This document shows, in pieces, positions 33,417-43,591 of a stretch of DNA of 64,000 bases (position 1 is its first letter; each line of letters begins with the position of its first letter). This DNA is from an uncultured Bacteroidia bacterium (GTDB lineage: Bacteria; CAIWAD01; BS150m-G50). Where the stretch lies: positions 22,608 through 86,607 of the forward strand of contig CAZFEC010000004.1 of assembly GCA_964517435.1 (NCBI GenBank), given 5' to 3'. Position numbers and translations under genes: made by a program. The notes beneath the pieces were generated by a model. It worked only from the letters and a program-made list of their open reading frames with translations, had not been told where the DNA came from and did not search any database.

Positions 33417-34234
33417 GTGTCCGCAGCAATATCCTGCTCGACCTCGAGTACGACGGCACCGCTTTTTACGGCTGGCAGCAACAGGCCGACCGGCGTACGG
33501 TGCAGGGTGTACTGCTGGATCATCTGAACTATCTGTTCGGCGACAGCGTAGTGTTGACCGGGGCGGGCCGCACCGACCGGGGCGTACACGCGCTGCACAT
33601 GCCCGCTTCCTTTGTCTGCGACGGGATTGTACCGCCGGAGCGGTTGACCCGGGCGCTGCGGGCGCATCTGCCGGATGACCTGCACCTGCTGGGCCAGCGC
33701 GAGGTACCGGAGGATTTCAACGCCCGTTTCAGCGCGCAGCGGCGTTCCTATCGTTACCTGGTCGCTCTGCGGCGTTCGGTGTTCGCGCGCAACCACGCCT
33801 GGTGGCAGGAGCAGGCACCTGATTTCGACCGGCTGGAGTCAGCGGCCCGGCTGTTCAAAGGCCGTCACGACTTCAGCGCGTTCTGCAAGACCAGTTCGCT
33901 GCCACCAGCGCCGGAATGCGAGATCGCGGAGAGCTGTTGGCATCGCCGGGGAGACTGGCTGGTGTATCACATTACGGCCAACCGCTTTCTGCATCACATG
34001 GTGCGCTCACAGGTCGGTCTCATGATGGCAATCGGACGGGGGGAGTCGCCGGAGTCGCTGCTGGAGCAGGCCTTATTTACGGGCGAACGGCAGCTGCTGC
34101 CGCAGATGGCGCCTCCGCACGGCCTCTATCTGGCCGGGGTGGAGTACCCCGAGTTCACTATCGGTGAGCTCTATGGCAATGACTTTAATGTGACTGTTGA
34201 TACAAACGCAGAAGCTGGTAATTCCGGTTCCTGA
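33413..34234 (+). CDS. truA: tRNA pseudouridine(38-40) synthase
   Basis: Contains 'LEYDGTAFYGWQQQ' and 'RTDRGVHAL' with the catalytic Asp. Confidence 0.9.
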   Translation: MSVRSNILLDLEYDGTAFYGWQQQADRRTVQGVLLDHLNYLFGDSVVLTGAGRTDRGVHALHMPASFVCDGIVPPERLTRALRAHLPDDLHLLGQREVPEDFNARFSAQRRSYRYLVALRRSVFARNHAWWQEQAPDFDRLESAARLFKGRHDFSAFCKTSSLPPAPECEIAESCWHRRGDWLVYHITANRFLHHMVRSQVGLMMAIGRGESPESLLEQALFTGERQLLPQMAPPHGLYLAGVEYPEFTIGELYGNDFNVTVDTNAEAGNSGS

Positions 34235-34312
34235 GGAAAACGACGGAACGCAGCCGGCTCCAGGCCGGTCGCGCACCAGCGCTTCCGGGAATCGAACACA
34301 GGAGGTTACGAC

Positions 34313-34957
34313 GTGAAATTCTTCATCGATACCGCCAATATCGAGGAGATCAAAGAGGCCGCGGCCATCGGTATTCTCGATGGCGTTACTACCAATCCCT
34401 CGCTGATCGCTCGTGAAAACCGGGAACCCATTGGTCTGTTGCGCGAGATCTGCGAGATCGTGGACGGCCCCATCAGTGCTGAAGTGGTCGCGCTCGATTG
34501 CGACGGGATGGTGAAAGAAGGTCGGGAGCTGGCCAAGCTCCATACCAACATCACCATCAAGGTGCCGATGACGACTGAAGGTCTGAAAGCAGTCAAGATT
34601 TTCACTGCCGAGGGAATTAAAACCAACATGACCCTGATCTTCAGCTCGCCCCAGGCACTGCTGGCCGCCAAAGCGGGAGCCACCTTCATCAGTCCCTTCG
34701 TGGGCAGGTTGGATGATATCAGCACGCCCGGCATCGAGCTGGTGGATGAAATCATGACGGTGTATGCCAACTACACTTACACCACCGAAGTGATCGTGGC
34801 TTCGATACGCAACCCGCTGCATGTGGTGGAGGCCGCGCAGATCGGTGCCGACATCGCCACGATTCCATTCAAGGTAATCCAGCAGTTGACGCAACACCCC
34901 CTGACCACTATTGGCATCGAGAAGTTTCTGCAGGACTGGGAGAAAGTTCCGCACTGA
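34313..34957 (+). CDS. fsa: Fructose-6-phosphate aldolase / transaldolase (MipB/TalC family)
   Basis: Begins '[16 protein letters not shown]…GVTTNPSLI'. 214 aa. Confidence 0.9.
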   Translation: MKFFIDTANIEEIKEAAAIGILDGVTTNPSLIARENREPIGLLREICEIVDGPISAEVVALDCDGMVKEGRELAKLHTNITIKVPMTTEGLKAVKIFTAEGIKTNMTLIFSSPQALLAAKAGATFISPFVGRLDDISTPGIELVDEIMTVYANYTYTTEVIVASIRNPLHVVEAAQIGADIATIPFKVIQQLTQHPLTTIGIEKFLQDWEKVPH

Positions 34958-34958
34958 G

Positions 34959-36140
34959 ATGTTGAAACGAAATCTGTTACCGCTGTTACTCGGAACCCTG
35001 TTGGGTCTGTTGCTGCTGGGTATGTTCAACCGGCTGCTGCAGCCGGAGGACTCCACGGCTGTATCACGCGGCGACAGCATTATCACCGTCGCGGCTGTAG
35101 CGCAGGAAACGACGCAGGAAATCAGCCTGCACCGCGCCAACAGCATTACTAACGCGGTAATCCTGGTGGAAGACGCTGTGGTCGGCATCAATGTGATACA
35201 AGTAAAGCGCTATGTATCACGTTCGCCGTTCAGCCACGATCCTTTCTTCCGCAACTTTTTCCCCGACCGCGTTTATGAACAGCCGGTGGAAAATCTGGGT
35301 TCCGGATTCCTGATCAGCGAGGACGGCTACCTGCTCACCAACGAGCATGTGATACATAACGCCACTCAGATCGTGGTGACGCTGCCGGATTCACGGGAAT
35401 ATGAAGCGGAGTTGATCGGCGCGGACTTCGCGGCCGACGTCGCCCTGTTGAAGATCGAGGTGGAAGAGCTGCCGTTCCTCTGCTTTGGTGATTCAGACCA
35501 GCTGCTGATCGGTGAATGGGTGATCGCACTCGGCAATCCCTACGGTCTGTTCGCGGTTAATGACAAACCGGCGGTCACGGTGGGTGTGGTCAGCGCGGTC
35601 GAACGCGATTTCGGTCTGCAAAGCAACCGCCGCATCTACAAGGACATGATCCAGACCGATGCTTCCATCAATCCGGGCAACAGCGGGGGGCCGCTGGTCA
35701 ATGCGCTGGGCGAGTTGGTTGGCATGAACACGATGATCTACAGCGAGAGCGGCGGCTCGATCGGGCTCGGTTTCGCGATCCCCGCCAATCGGCTCCAGGA
35801 GGTGGTTGCCGACCTGAAGCGGTTCGGCAAAGTGCAGCGCGATTACTGGACGGGCATTTACGTGCAGGACATTAATTCGCTGATCGCGCTTTCGCTCAAC
35901 TACCCGCGCGAGAGCGGCACCATCATTACTGAGATCGAGCCTGACTCGCCCGGTGAAGAAGCCGCTCTGCAGGTATCGGACATAATTATGCGTTTCAACG
36001 ACAACGTGATACACGACAGCCGGGATCTGGAACGGCTGCTCCTGAGCGAAGACCTGCGTGTCGGTGATGCGATAGAATTCACAATCTTCAGAAACGGCGA
36101 CACACTCCAACGCCGTGTGATTCTGAAACAGAGGAACTGA
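34959..36140 (+). CDS. HtrA/DegP-family serine protease with PDZ domain
   Basis: Contains 'GNSGGPLVNALGELVGMNT'. An N-terminal signal/TM segment and a C-terminal PDZ domain are present. Confidence 0.85.
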   Translation: MLKRNLLPLLLGTLLGLLLLGMFNRLLQPEDSTAVSRGDSIITVAAVAQETTQEISLHRANSITNAVILVEDAVVGINVIQVKRYVSRSPFSHDPFFRNFFPDRVYEQPVENLGSGFLISEDGYLLTNEHVIHNATQIVVTLPDSREYEAELIGADFAADVALLKIEVEELPFLCFGDSDQLLIGEWVIALGNPYGLFAVNDKPAVTVGVVSAVERDFGLQSNRRIYKDMIQTDASINPGNSGGPLVNALGELVGMNTMIYSESGGSIGLGFAIPANRLQEVVADLKRFGKVQRDYWTGIYVQDINSLIALSLNYPRESGTIITEIEPDSPGEEAALQVSDIIMRFNDNVIHDSRDLERLLLSEDLRVGDAIEFTIFRNGDTLQRRVILKQRN

Positions 36141-36151
36141 CGGAGGATAGT

Positions 36152-36856
36152 TTGGAGAAAAAAGAGCTTCTCTACGAAGGCAAGGCCAAGCGGCTCTACG
36201 CGACGCGGGATGAAAGCCTGTTGATCCAGGAGTTTAAAGACGATCTGGTAATCGAGCATGGCAAGCGCAAAACCAAGTTCAAGGACAAAGGCAGCATCAA
36301 TAACCGGTTCTCCGCCTTTATGTTCGAGTATCTGGAGAACTACCACATTCCGACCCACTTCCAGAAGGTGCTCCGGAAGAATTCGATGATCGTCAAACGC
36401 ATGGAAATGATTCCGATTGAGGTAGCGGTACGCAACCTCGCGGCCGGGGCTATGACCCGACGTTACAATCTCGAGGATGGCCAACAGCTGGACTACCCCG
36501 TCATCGAGCATTTTCTCAAGGATGATTCCCTGTCGGATCCGCTTGTCAACGACTACCACTGTTTTGCCTTCGGGCTGGCCACGACTGATGAGATGCGGGC
36601 GATCAACCGTCTGGCTTCCAAGGTGAACGCCATTCTGCGCTCCTTCTTTCAGCGCCGGAGCCTGGTGCTGGTGGATCTGAAGATGGAGTTCGGCAAGGTC
36701 GACGGTCAGATCACACTGGCGGATGAAGTGTCACCCGACGTGATGCGCATCCGCGACAGCAAATCCGGCAAGAAGTACGGCGGCGACCGTTTCCGTTACG
36801 AGATGGGAAATGTCGCGGAGTCTTACGTCGAACTGGCCGAGAGGGTGATCAGGTAG
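36152..36856 (+). CDS. purC: Phosphoribosylaminoimidazole-succinocarboxamide synthase
   Basis: Begins 'LLYEGKAKRLYAT'. 234 aa. Confidence 0.9.
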   Translation: MEKKELLYEGKAKRLYATRDESLLIQEFKDDLVIEHGKRKTKFKDKGSINNRFSAFMFEYLENYHIPTHFQKVLRKNSMIVKRMEMIPIEVAVRNLAAGAMTRRYNLEDGQQLDYPVIEHFLKDDSLSDPLVNDYHCFAFGLATTDEMRAINRLASKVNAILRSFFQRRSLVLVDLKMEFGKVDGQITLADEVSPDVMRIRDSKSGKKYGGDRFRYEMGNVAESYVELAERVIR

Positions 36857-36858
36857 GC

Positions 36859-37497
36859 ATGGCCAGGGACGCTTATCCGCTTCTGGGCTGGATGAGCGCG
36901 CTGTGCGGCGTGCTGGCGCTGGTGTGGCTGTTCGGAGATTGCGGCGCCTGTGCCGTGGCTGCGGCGACTGTACTGGGCGGCATGGGTGCGGTAGCGTTTT
37001 TCTTCCGCGACCCGCACCGTGATACACCGGCCGCTCCGAACGCGGTGATTTCCGCCGCCGACGGACGCGTGCTGCATGTACGCGAGGTCTACGAACCGGA
37101 GTTCTTTCAAGACACCGTCACCCAGGTCGCGGTTTTCATGTCGCCGCTGGATGTTCATGTCAACCGGATACCGCTGGATGGCACCGTGGCTCTGGTGGCG
37201 CATCATCCGGGCAGGCACGGAGCGGCTTTTCGCAGCAAGGCCGACGCCGCTAACGAACACGCCCTGGTCGCCATCAAGAGTGATCGGTTTGACGTGCTGG
37301 TAAAGCAGATCGCCGGTTCCGTCGCCCGTCGCATCGTAGTCGATGTGCAGCCGGGCGATGAGGTCAAATGCGGCCGTCGGCTGGGTATGATCCGGTTCGG
37401 TTCGCGGGTGGATCTGCTCTTTCCCCGCCGGGTGCGGGTAAAAGTGGCACCGGGCTACCGGGTGAAGGCGGGTGTCACCGTGATTGGAGAAACATGA
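36859..37497 (+). CDS. psd: Phosphatidylserine decarboxylase proenzyme-like
   Basis: A C-terminal 'LGMIRFGSRVDLLFP' region resembles the Psd self-cleavage (G-S-x) site. It is followed directly by pssA. Confidence 0.7.
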   Translation: MARDAYPLLGWMSALCGVLALVWLFGDCGACAVAAATVLGGMGAVAFFFRDPHRDTPAAPNAVISAADGRVLHVREVYEPEFFQDTVTQVAVFMSPLDVHVNRIPLDGTVALVAHHPGRHGAAFRSKADAANEHALVAIKSDRFDVLVKQIAGSVARRIVVDVQPGDEVKCGRRLGMIRFGSRVDLLFPRRVRVKVAPGYRVKAGVTVIGET

Positions 37498-38267
37498 TGA
37501 AGAGAAATGTACGCGCCTTTGCTCCCAGCTTCCTGACTGTTACCAACATCCTGCTGGGTTTCGGAGCCATCGTCGCCGCCGCCAACCATAGCAATTACCA
37601 GCTGGCGGCGGTGTTGATCATCACCGCGGCGGTAATCGACGCGCTGGACGGCAAGGTGGCGCGCTTCATGAACAGCAGTTGTGATTTCGGCCGCGAACTG
37701 GATTCGCTGGCGGATGTCGTATCCTTCGGGGTTGCTCCCGCCTACCTGATCTATGCCAGCTGTTTTGCCTGGCTGGAACGTGGCAATCCGGCCGGCAACC
37801 TGCTGGCGATCGCTGTCGCCGCCACACCACTGGTGTTCGGCGCGCTGCGCCTGGCCCGGTTCAATCTGGTGGAACAGGAAGGAGAGCACCGCGATTCTTT
37901 CGCCGGTCTGCCGATTCCCGCCGCGGCGGTGACTCTGACCTCGTTCATCCTCTTCAACTACCGGATCTGGGGCCGGATGGAACTCGCGGTGCTGATGGTG
38001 CCGCTGGTACTGGGTGTGTCGTTGCTGATGGCTTCGCGGGTCAGTTACCAGGCGATGCCGCGTCTGACCTTTCGTGATACACGCCATAACCTGATCAAAC
38101 TGATCATAGTGCTGGCGGGTGTGCTGGCCCTGATCGTGTTCAAATCCCTGGCGCTCTTTCCGCTCACGCTGCTGTACCTGCTGGTCGGTATCATCCGCAG
38201 CCTGCACCGGGCACCCGTCACGAACCAGGTTGAGGAAGAGGACGCGTTCAACGACACTGTCTTCTAG
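37494..38267 (+). CDS. pssA: CDP-diacylglycerol--serine O-phosphatidyltransferase (CDP-alcohol phosphatidyltransferase family)
   Basis: Contains 'DALDGKVAR…GRELDSLADVVSFG'. ATGA overlap with the psd stop. Confidence 0.85.
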   Translation: MMKRNVRAFAPSFLTVTNILLGFGAIVAAANHSNYQLAAVLIITAAVIDALDGKVARFMNSSCDFGRELDSLADVVSFGVAPAYLIYASCFAWLERGNPAGNLLAIAVAATPLVFGALRLARFNLVEQEGEHRDSFAGLPIPAAAVTLTSFILFNYRIWGRMELAVLMVPLVLGVSLLMASRVSYQAMPRLTFRDTRHNLIKLIIVLAGVLALIVFKSLALFPLTLLYLLVGIIRSLHRAPVTNQVEEEDAFNDTVF

Positions 38268-38353
38268 GGCGCATGCGAACCAGACTCTCGGATAACTGAG
38301 CCGGAGATTGTGATACAAACCACCCCCTCAACAAGCAGGAGCTACACCGATCG

Positions 38354-38602
38354 ATGAAATCCGCAAGAATCTATGTTTCCCTCAAGCCCGACATCCTCGA
38401 TCCGCAGGGCAAAACAATCCACCACGCCCTGGAGACGCTTGGGTTCAAGGATGTCGCCGGCTGTCGCGTCGGTAAGTACATTGAACTGGAGTTCCCGGAT
38501 CTGCCCGATCAGGAAATCAATTCCCGGGTCGAGAAGATGTGCAAACGCCTGCTGGTGAATCCGGTGATGGAGAGCTGGCGCGTGGAGGTGGTGGAGGTTT
38601 GA
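38354..38602 (+). CDS. purS: Phosphoribosylformylglycinamidine synthase subunit PurS
   Basis: 82 aa. Begins 'ARIYVSLKPDILDPQGKTI'. Confidence 0.9.
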   Translation: MKSARIYVSLKPDILDPQGKTIHHALETLGFKDVAGCRVGKYIELEFPDLPDQEINSRVEKMCKRLLVNPVMESWRVEVVEV

Positions 38603-39291
38603 TGCGCTTTGCGATAGTTGTCTTCCCGGGCTCCAACTGCGATCGTGATACACATCATGCGTTGATCGACCTCGGCTGTGAGGTAGAGTACATCTGGTAC
38701 CGTGACTCACACACTCACGAGTACGATGCGATTGTCATCCCCGGCGGTTTTTCCTACGGCGATTATCTGCGCACCGGCGCCATCGCCGCGACGGCGCCCG
38801 TCATGCGCGCCCTGCGTGAGGATTGCGAGCGGGGAAAACCGGTCATCGGCATCTGCAACGGTTTCCAGATTCTGCTGGAGAGCGGCCTGTTACCGGGGGC
38901 TTTGCTCACCAATCGCGATCTCAAGTTCATCTGTCACGACGTGCATCTGATCAGCGGGAACCGCGATTCCTTCTTCACCAGCGCGGTCACGCCCGGTCAG
39001 GTGCTCAAAATGCCGATCGCTCACCACACCGGTAACTACTACGCCGATCCGGAAGTGGTTGCCGAACTGGAGGACTCCGATCGCATCCTTTTCCGCTATT
39101 GTGATACAAATGGCGCCGTCACTCCCACAAGCAATCCCAATGGATCCGTCGGCAACATCGCCGGGATCCTCAACCCGGCGGGCAATGTGCTCGGCATGAT
39201 GCCGCACCCGGAGCGCGCCGCCGCCACGGAGGTGGGCAGCGATGACGGCACACTGATATTCAAATCAATGCTGGAGTGCGTGATTGTCTGA
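38602..39291 (+). CDS. purQ: Phosphoribosylformylglycinamidine synthase subunit PurQ (glutaminase)
   Basis: Begins 'MRFAIVVFPGSNCDRD' and carries a class-I GATase triad. Confidence 0.9.
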   Translation: MRFAIVVFPGSNCDRDTHHALIDLGCEVEYIWYRDSHTHEYDAIVIPGGFSYGDYLRTGAIAATAPVMRALREDCERGKPVIGICNGFQILLESGLLPGALLTNRDLKFICHDVHLISGNRDSFFTSAVTPGQVLKMPIAHHTGNYYADPEVVAELEDSDRILFRYCDTNGAVTPTSNPNGSVGNIAGILNPAGNVLGMMPHPERAAATEVGSDDGTLIFKSMLECVIV

Positions 39292-40024
39292 GAGCGGCGA
39301 GAAACAGGGCCTGACCTTCTGGGAGCATGTGGACGAGCTGCGCGGCATGTTATGGCGCGATGTCATCGCACTGGTCGCCACCACTCTTGGCGCCTTCTTC
39401 TTCGCGAAACTTTTCATTGGCTTTCTGACCGGTCCATTCGAATCGGTGGGAACCGGCGAGCTGGTATACCTTACGCCCATGGAAGGTTTCGTGACACAAT
39501 TGAAGGTCGCGTTCCTCACGGGACTGGTCATCAGCATGCCCTACCTGTTGTTCGAAGCCTGGAAATTCATCGCGCCCGGCCTCTTTAAGAAGGAAAAGAA
39601 GACGGTTCTGATCGCGCTGGCGCTGACCACGGTGTCGTTCTACCTGGGCGCCTACTTCGGCTATCGGGTGCTGCCCTTCGCCACCGGGTTTTTCCTTTCG
39701 TTCGGCAGCGGCGTCATCGCCAGCACCTGGTCCTTCGCCCATTACCTGGATTATGTCATCCGCGTGATACTTGCATTCGGGCTGGTCTTCGAACTGCCGC
39801 TGGTAATAGCCCTGTTGACGATGATGGGGCTGGTGGGACCAGCCGGCTTGCGCAAGGTACGACGACACGCCTATGTCGCCGTTTTTATCGTCGCCTCGAT
39901 TATAACACCGCCGGATGTCATCACCCAGGTGGTGCTGGCGGTACCGTTGATATTGCTCTACGAGCTGTCGATCGGCGTTTCAGTAGTGCTGCGGCGTCGC
40001 AGTGAAGCCAAGGAATCAAGCTGA
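39284..40024 (+). CDS. tatC: Sec-independent protein translocase TatC
   Basis: Six TM segments with TatC family similarity. Confidence 0.9.
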   Translation: MSESGEKQGLTFWEHVDELRGMLWRDVIALVATTLGAFFFAKLFIGFLTGPFESVGTGELVYLTPMEGFVTQLKVAFLTGLVISMPYLLFEAWKFIAPGLFKKEKKTVLIALALTTVSFYLGAYFGYRVLPFATGFFLSFGSGVIASTWSFAHYLDYVIRVILAFGLVFELPLVIALLTMMGLVGPAGLRKVRRHAYVAVFIVASIITPPDVITQVVLAVPLILLYELSIGVSVVLRRRSEAKESS

Positions 40025-40072
40025 CCTTCACTCCTGCTGCGTTGCCGGCTTTCAATTACCGGTAAGGGACTG

Positions 40073-43000
40073 ATGTTTATCTCGCAAATCGAAATGTTCG
40101 GCTTCAAGTCGTTCGCCCCCCGCACCCGGCTGGAGTTACAGCCGGGCGTCACCTGTGTGGTGGGACCCAACGGCAGCGGCAAAACCAATATCCTTGATGC
40201 ACTGCGCTGGGTGCTGGGCGAGCAGAAATCCTCCACGCTGCGTTCCGACAAAATGGAGAACGTCATCTTCACCGGCTCGGTCAACCGCAAGCCGATGGGA
40301 ATGTCCGAGGTAACCCTCACCATTCAGAACAGCAAGGGTGTGCTGCCTTCCGAGTACAACGAAGTCCAGGTCGCCCGCCGTCTCTACCGCAACGGTGAAA
40401 GCGAATACCTGCTCAATCGCCAGGTCTGCCGTTTGAAGGATATCCAGGATCTATTCGTGGACACCGGGCTGGGACCCGACTCTTACTCCGTGATCGAATT
40501 GAAAATGGTCGAGGACATCCTGAGTGAGCGGGCGGAAGCCAGGCGCCAGCTGTTCGAGGAAGCCGCCGGTGTCACCCGCTTTAAAGGCCGCCGCCGTTCC
40601 GCCATCAACAAGCTGGAAAGCACGCGCCTGGACATGCAGCGGATCGAGGATATCCTCAGCGAAGTCAGACGCAATGTCAATTCCCTGAAACGGCAGGTGG
40701 GCCGTGCCCGGCGTTATCAGTCGAGCCGGGAGACTCTGCTCGAGCAGGAAACCGTGCTGCTTGCCAGTGAAGAAGTCTATCACCAGGAGCGCCTGCAACC
40801 GCTGCAGGCTGAACGGCAGACCGCACACGAACGTATCACATCGCTCGAGACCGATGCCATCCAGCTGCGGACAACCCTGACCCGGCGTCAGGCGGAAGTG
40901 GCGGAATTCGAAACCGAATTCACCCGCAAGCAGAGTGAAATGGACGAGCGGCGCCGCGATTATCACGCACGCAGCAGCGAACTCGCCGTCCAGCGCGAGC
41001 AGCGCAAGCACGCATTGGCCACGGCTGCCAACGCCCGGACGGAGCAGGAGAAGCTGGCGGCGCAGAAAGAGCAGGCCGAGCAACGTCGCCGCGACCTTGC
41101 CGCCGGTCGGGAGGAACTCGCTCAGGAGACCGCCCGTCTGGAGGCGGCCTACCGGGAAGAGGAAGAGCACCTGAATCGGGGTGAGCAGGAACTCGCGGCG
41201 CAGCGGGAGCAGACGGAGGCGCAGCAACAGGATCTACTGGATGTGCTGCATGCGCTGGCGCCGGTCGAGAGCGACATCTCCAAGAACGAGAGCGTGTTAG
41301 CCGGTTGTGATGAACGCCTGGAGGTTATCGCCGCGGCTGAACAGCGACTGGAGACGGAACTCGCCGCCAACATGGACAGGATAGAGCAGACCGACCTGGA
41401 ACGCCGGTCCGCGGAGGAGCAGTCCCAGGCCGCCGTCGCCGAAATGGAGCGCCTGCAGTCCGAATGGCAAAGTGCTTCCCAGCTGCTGCGGGAAAAGGAA
41501 AGGGCGGTGCTGGAAGCTTCTCTGGCCGAGAAGGAGCTGTTATCCCGCACCGCTTTCCTGGAGGATCTGCTCACGCGGCACGAGGGTTTGCCCGGTGGAG
41601 TCAGTCTCGTGCTGGAAGCCGCCTTGCCCGGGATCAGCGGACCGCTTGGCGACCTGGTCAGCGCGCCCCCGCAATACATACCGGCCCTGGAAACCGCCCT
41701 GGGCGCTGCCGTCAACTACCTGCTGGCAGCCGACCGTTCCGCCATCGAACAGGCGCGCGAGCTGTTGCGGGCGGAGGGCAAAGGGCAGGTTACCTTTATC
41801 GACCTCAGCCTGGTGCCGGAGCCGGAAGCGACCGATGACAGCGGCCGATTGATCGAGGTTATCGAGTGCGAACCCGCTTTACGGCCGCTGCTGGCGCACC
41901 TGTTGTCCGACGTCAGCTTCAGTGACGAGGATCGGTTGGACGAGAGCCGGACGACCGGACGGCAGTTGAACGGAGCGGGTGAGATGTTCGCGCCGCCGGC
42001 CCTCCATGTTGTCGGCAGCAGGAGCGAAGCCGGAGCGAGCGCCATCGGCAGGACACTCCAGCTCGATCAACTGCGTACCGAGCTCGATGAGATTGCCCGC
42101 AAGCTGGCTGAGTCCCGCCATGACTGTGAAGAAGCCGCTGTGGCTGAGAGCGCCGCGGCAACCGCGGTCACCCAGGCGACCGCCGCGTTGGAACAGCAGC
42201 GGGAGACCGTCAACCAGCTGACCTCAGCGCACCTGCGTCTGGATGAGATAAAGACCCACCTCACCAATCAGCTGGAAGCCTACCGCCAGGAAGCAGAGGA
42301 ATGGCAGCAGCGCCAGACAGCCGTCAAGGCGGAGCTCCAGACCGGTTCGCAGCAGCAGTCCGAACTGCTGGCGCAGCGCGGTGAAATGGAAGCAAGCAGC
42401 GCCGGTTTCCGGGAGCGGCTCTTGAGCGCTGAACTGGATGTATCACATGTCCGCGCCCAGGTTCAACAGAGCCAGGTGCACCTGATGGAGAAGAATGGCG
42501 ATCTGCGTAATCTCGAGGACAAACTGGCCGAGCTGGCCGGCTTTATAGAGACCGCTGCGCAAACGCAGACGGAGCACATTCATACCATCCAGACCCAGGA
42601 GGAACTCGCCGCCGGTTTGGCGGATAGTGAACGCGAGGCGGAACAGACCCTGGTCGCCGATCTGCAGAAGCTGGAGGAGGATGAGCAATCCCTGAGCGGC
42701 AGTGTGCAAAAGCTGGAGGAACATCGCTCGGCTCTGCGTGAGCTGCAACAACAGCTGGATCGTAACAACACGGAGAAGGATGAGCACCGGGAGCGGATGC
42801 ACAGTATCGAACTCATCACACGTGAGACGGAGGTGCGACTGCAGAACCGGCGCGAAGCCCTGAAGGCGGAGTACGACCTGGAGGTCACCCCGGCGGATCT
42901 GAAGCAGGTTGACAGGGAGATAACCGCCGCCCGGCTCGAGGAGTTGCAGACGGAGGCGCAGCGCCTGCGCGAGTTGCTGAAGCGGTTGGGGCCGGTGAAT

Positions 43001-43591
43001 CTGCTGGCGCTGGAGGAGTTCGAGCAGGAACAGGAGCGCCTCGAGTTCCTGGAAGAGCAGCGCGAGGACCTGCAGCAATCGGAAACGATGCTGCTGGAAT
43101 CGATCAACAAGATCAACCGCGTCGCGCGGGAACGGTTTGAGGAAACATTCAAGAAGATCCAAGCGAACTTCGAATACCTGTTCGGCAAGCTGTTTTACGA
43201 CGGCAAGGCGCGGCTGACCCTCGATGCGGGGGATCCGCTCGAAGCCAATGTCGGGATCTACGCCGCACCATCGGGCAAGAAGATACAGCATCTCTCGCTG
43301 CTTTCCGGAGGCGAGAAAACCCTGACCGCGATCGCGCTGCTGTTCTCCATCTACATGGTCAAGCCTTCCCCGTTCTGCATTTTGGATGAAGTAGATGCGC
43401 CGCTGGATGACAGCAATATCACCAAGTTCAATATCCTGATCCGCGAATTCACCGAGGAAACGCAGTTCATCATCATCACGCACAACAAGCGGACGATGGA
43501 ATACGCGGACACGATGTACGGTGTAACCATGGCGGAGGAGGGCGTCTCCAGCATCGTCTCGGTGAAGTTCAGCGAGGAGACCGTGAAATGA
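40073..43591 (+). CDS. smc: Chromosome segregation protein SMC
   Basis: A Walker A 'GPNGSGKTNILDALRWVLGEQ'. Long coiled coils and a hinge are present. A C-terminal 'LSGGEK…DEVDAPLD' motif is present. 1172 aa. Confidence 0.95.
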   Translation: MFISQIEMFGFKSFAPRTRLELQPGVTCVVGPNGSGKTNILDALRWVLGEQKSSTLRSDKMENVIFTGSVNRKPMGMSEVTLTIQNSKGVLPSEYNEVQVARRLYRNGESEYLLNRQVCRLKDIQDLFVDTGLGPDSYSVIELKMVEDILSERAEARRQLFEEAAGVTRFKGRRRSAINKLESTRLDMQRIEDILSEVRRNVNSLKRQVGRARRYQSSRETLLEQETVLLASEEVYHQERLQPLQAERQTAHERITSLETDAIQLRTTLTRRQAEVAEFETEFTRKQSEMDERRRDYHARSSELAVQREQRKHALATAANARTEQEKLAAQKEQAEQRRRDLAAGREELAQETARLEAAYREEEEHLNRGEQELAAQREQTEAQQQDLLDVLHALAPVESDISKNESVLAGCDERLEVIAAAEQRLETELAANMDRIEQTDLERRSAEEQSQAAVAEMERLQSEWQSASQLLREKERAVLEASLAEKELLSRTAFLEDLLTRHEGLPGGVSLVLEAALPGISGPLGDLVSAPPQYIPALETALGAAVNYLLAADRSAIEQARELLRAEGKGQVTFIDLSLVPEPEATDDSGRLIEVIECEPALRPLLAHLLSDVSFSDEDRLDESRTTGRQLNGAGEMFAPPALHVVGSRSEAGASAIGRTLQLDQLRTELDEIARKLAESRHDCEEAAVAESAAATAVTQATAALEQQRETVNQLTSAHLRLDEIKTHLTNQLEAYRQEAEEWQQRQTAVKAELQTGSQQQSELLAQRGEMEASSAGFRERLLSAELDVSHVRAQVQQSQVHLMEKNGDLRNLEDKLAELAGFIETAAQTQTEHIHTIQTQEELAAGLADSEREAEQTLVADLQKLEEDEQSLSGSVQKLEEHRSALRELQQQLDRNNTEKDEHRERMHSIELITRETEVRLQNRREALKAEYDLEVTPADLKQVDREITAARLEELQTEAQRLRELLKRLGPVNLLALEEFEQEQERLEFLEEQREDLQQSETMLLESINKINRVARERFEETFKKIQANFEYLFGKLFYDGKARLTLDAGDPLEANVGIYAAPSGKKIQHLSLLSGGEKTLTAIALLFSIYMVKPSPFCILDEVDAPLDDSNITKFNILIREFTEETQFIIITHNKRTMEYADTMYGVTMAEEGVSSIVSVKFSEETVK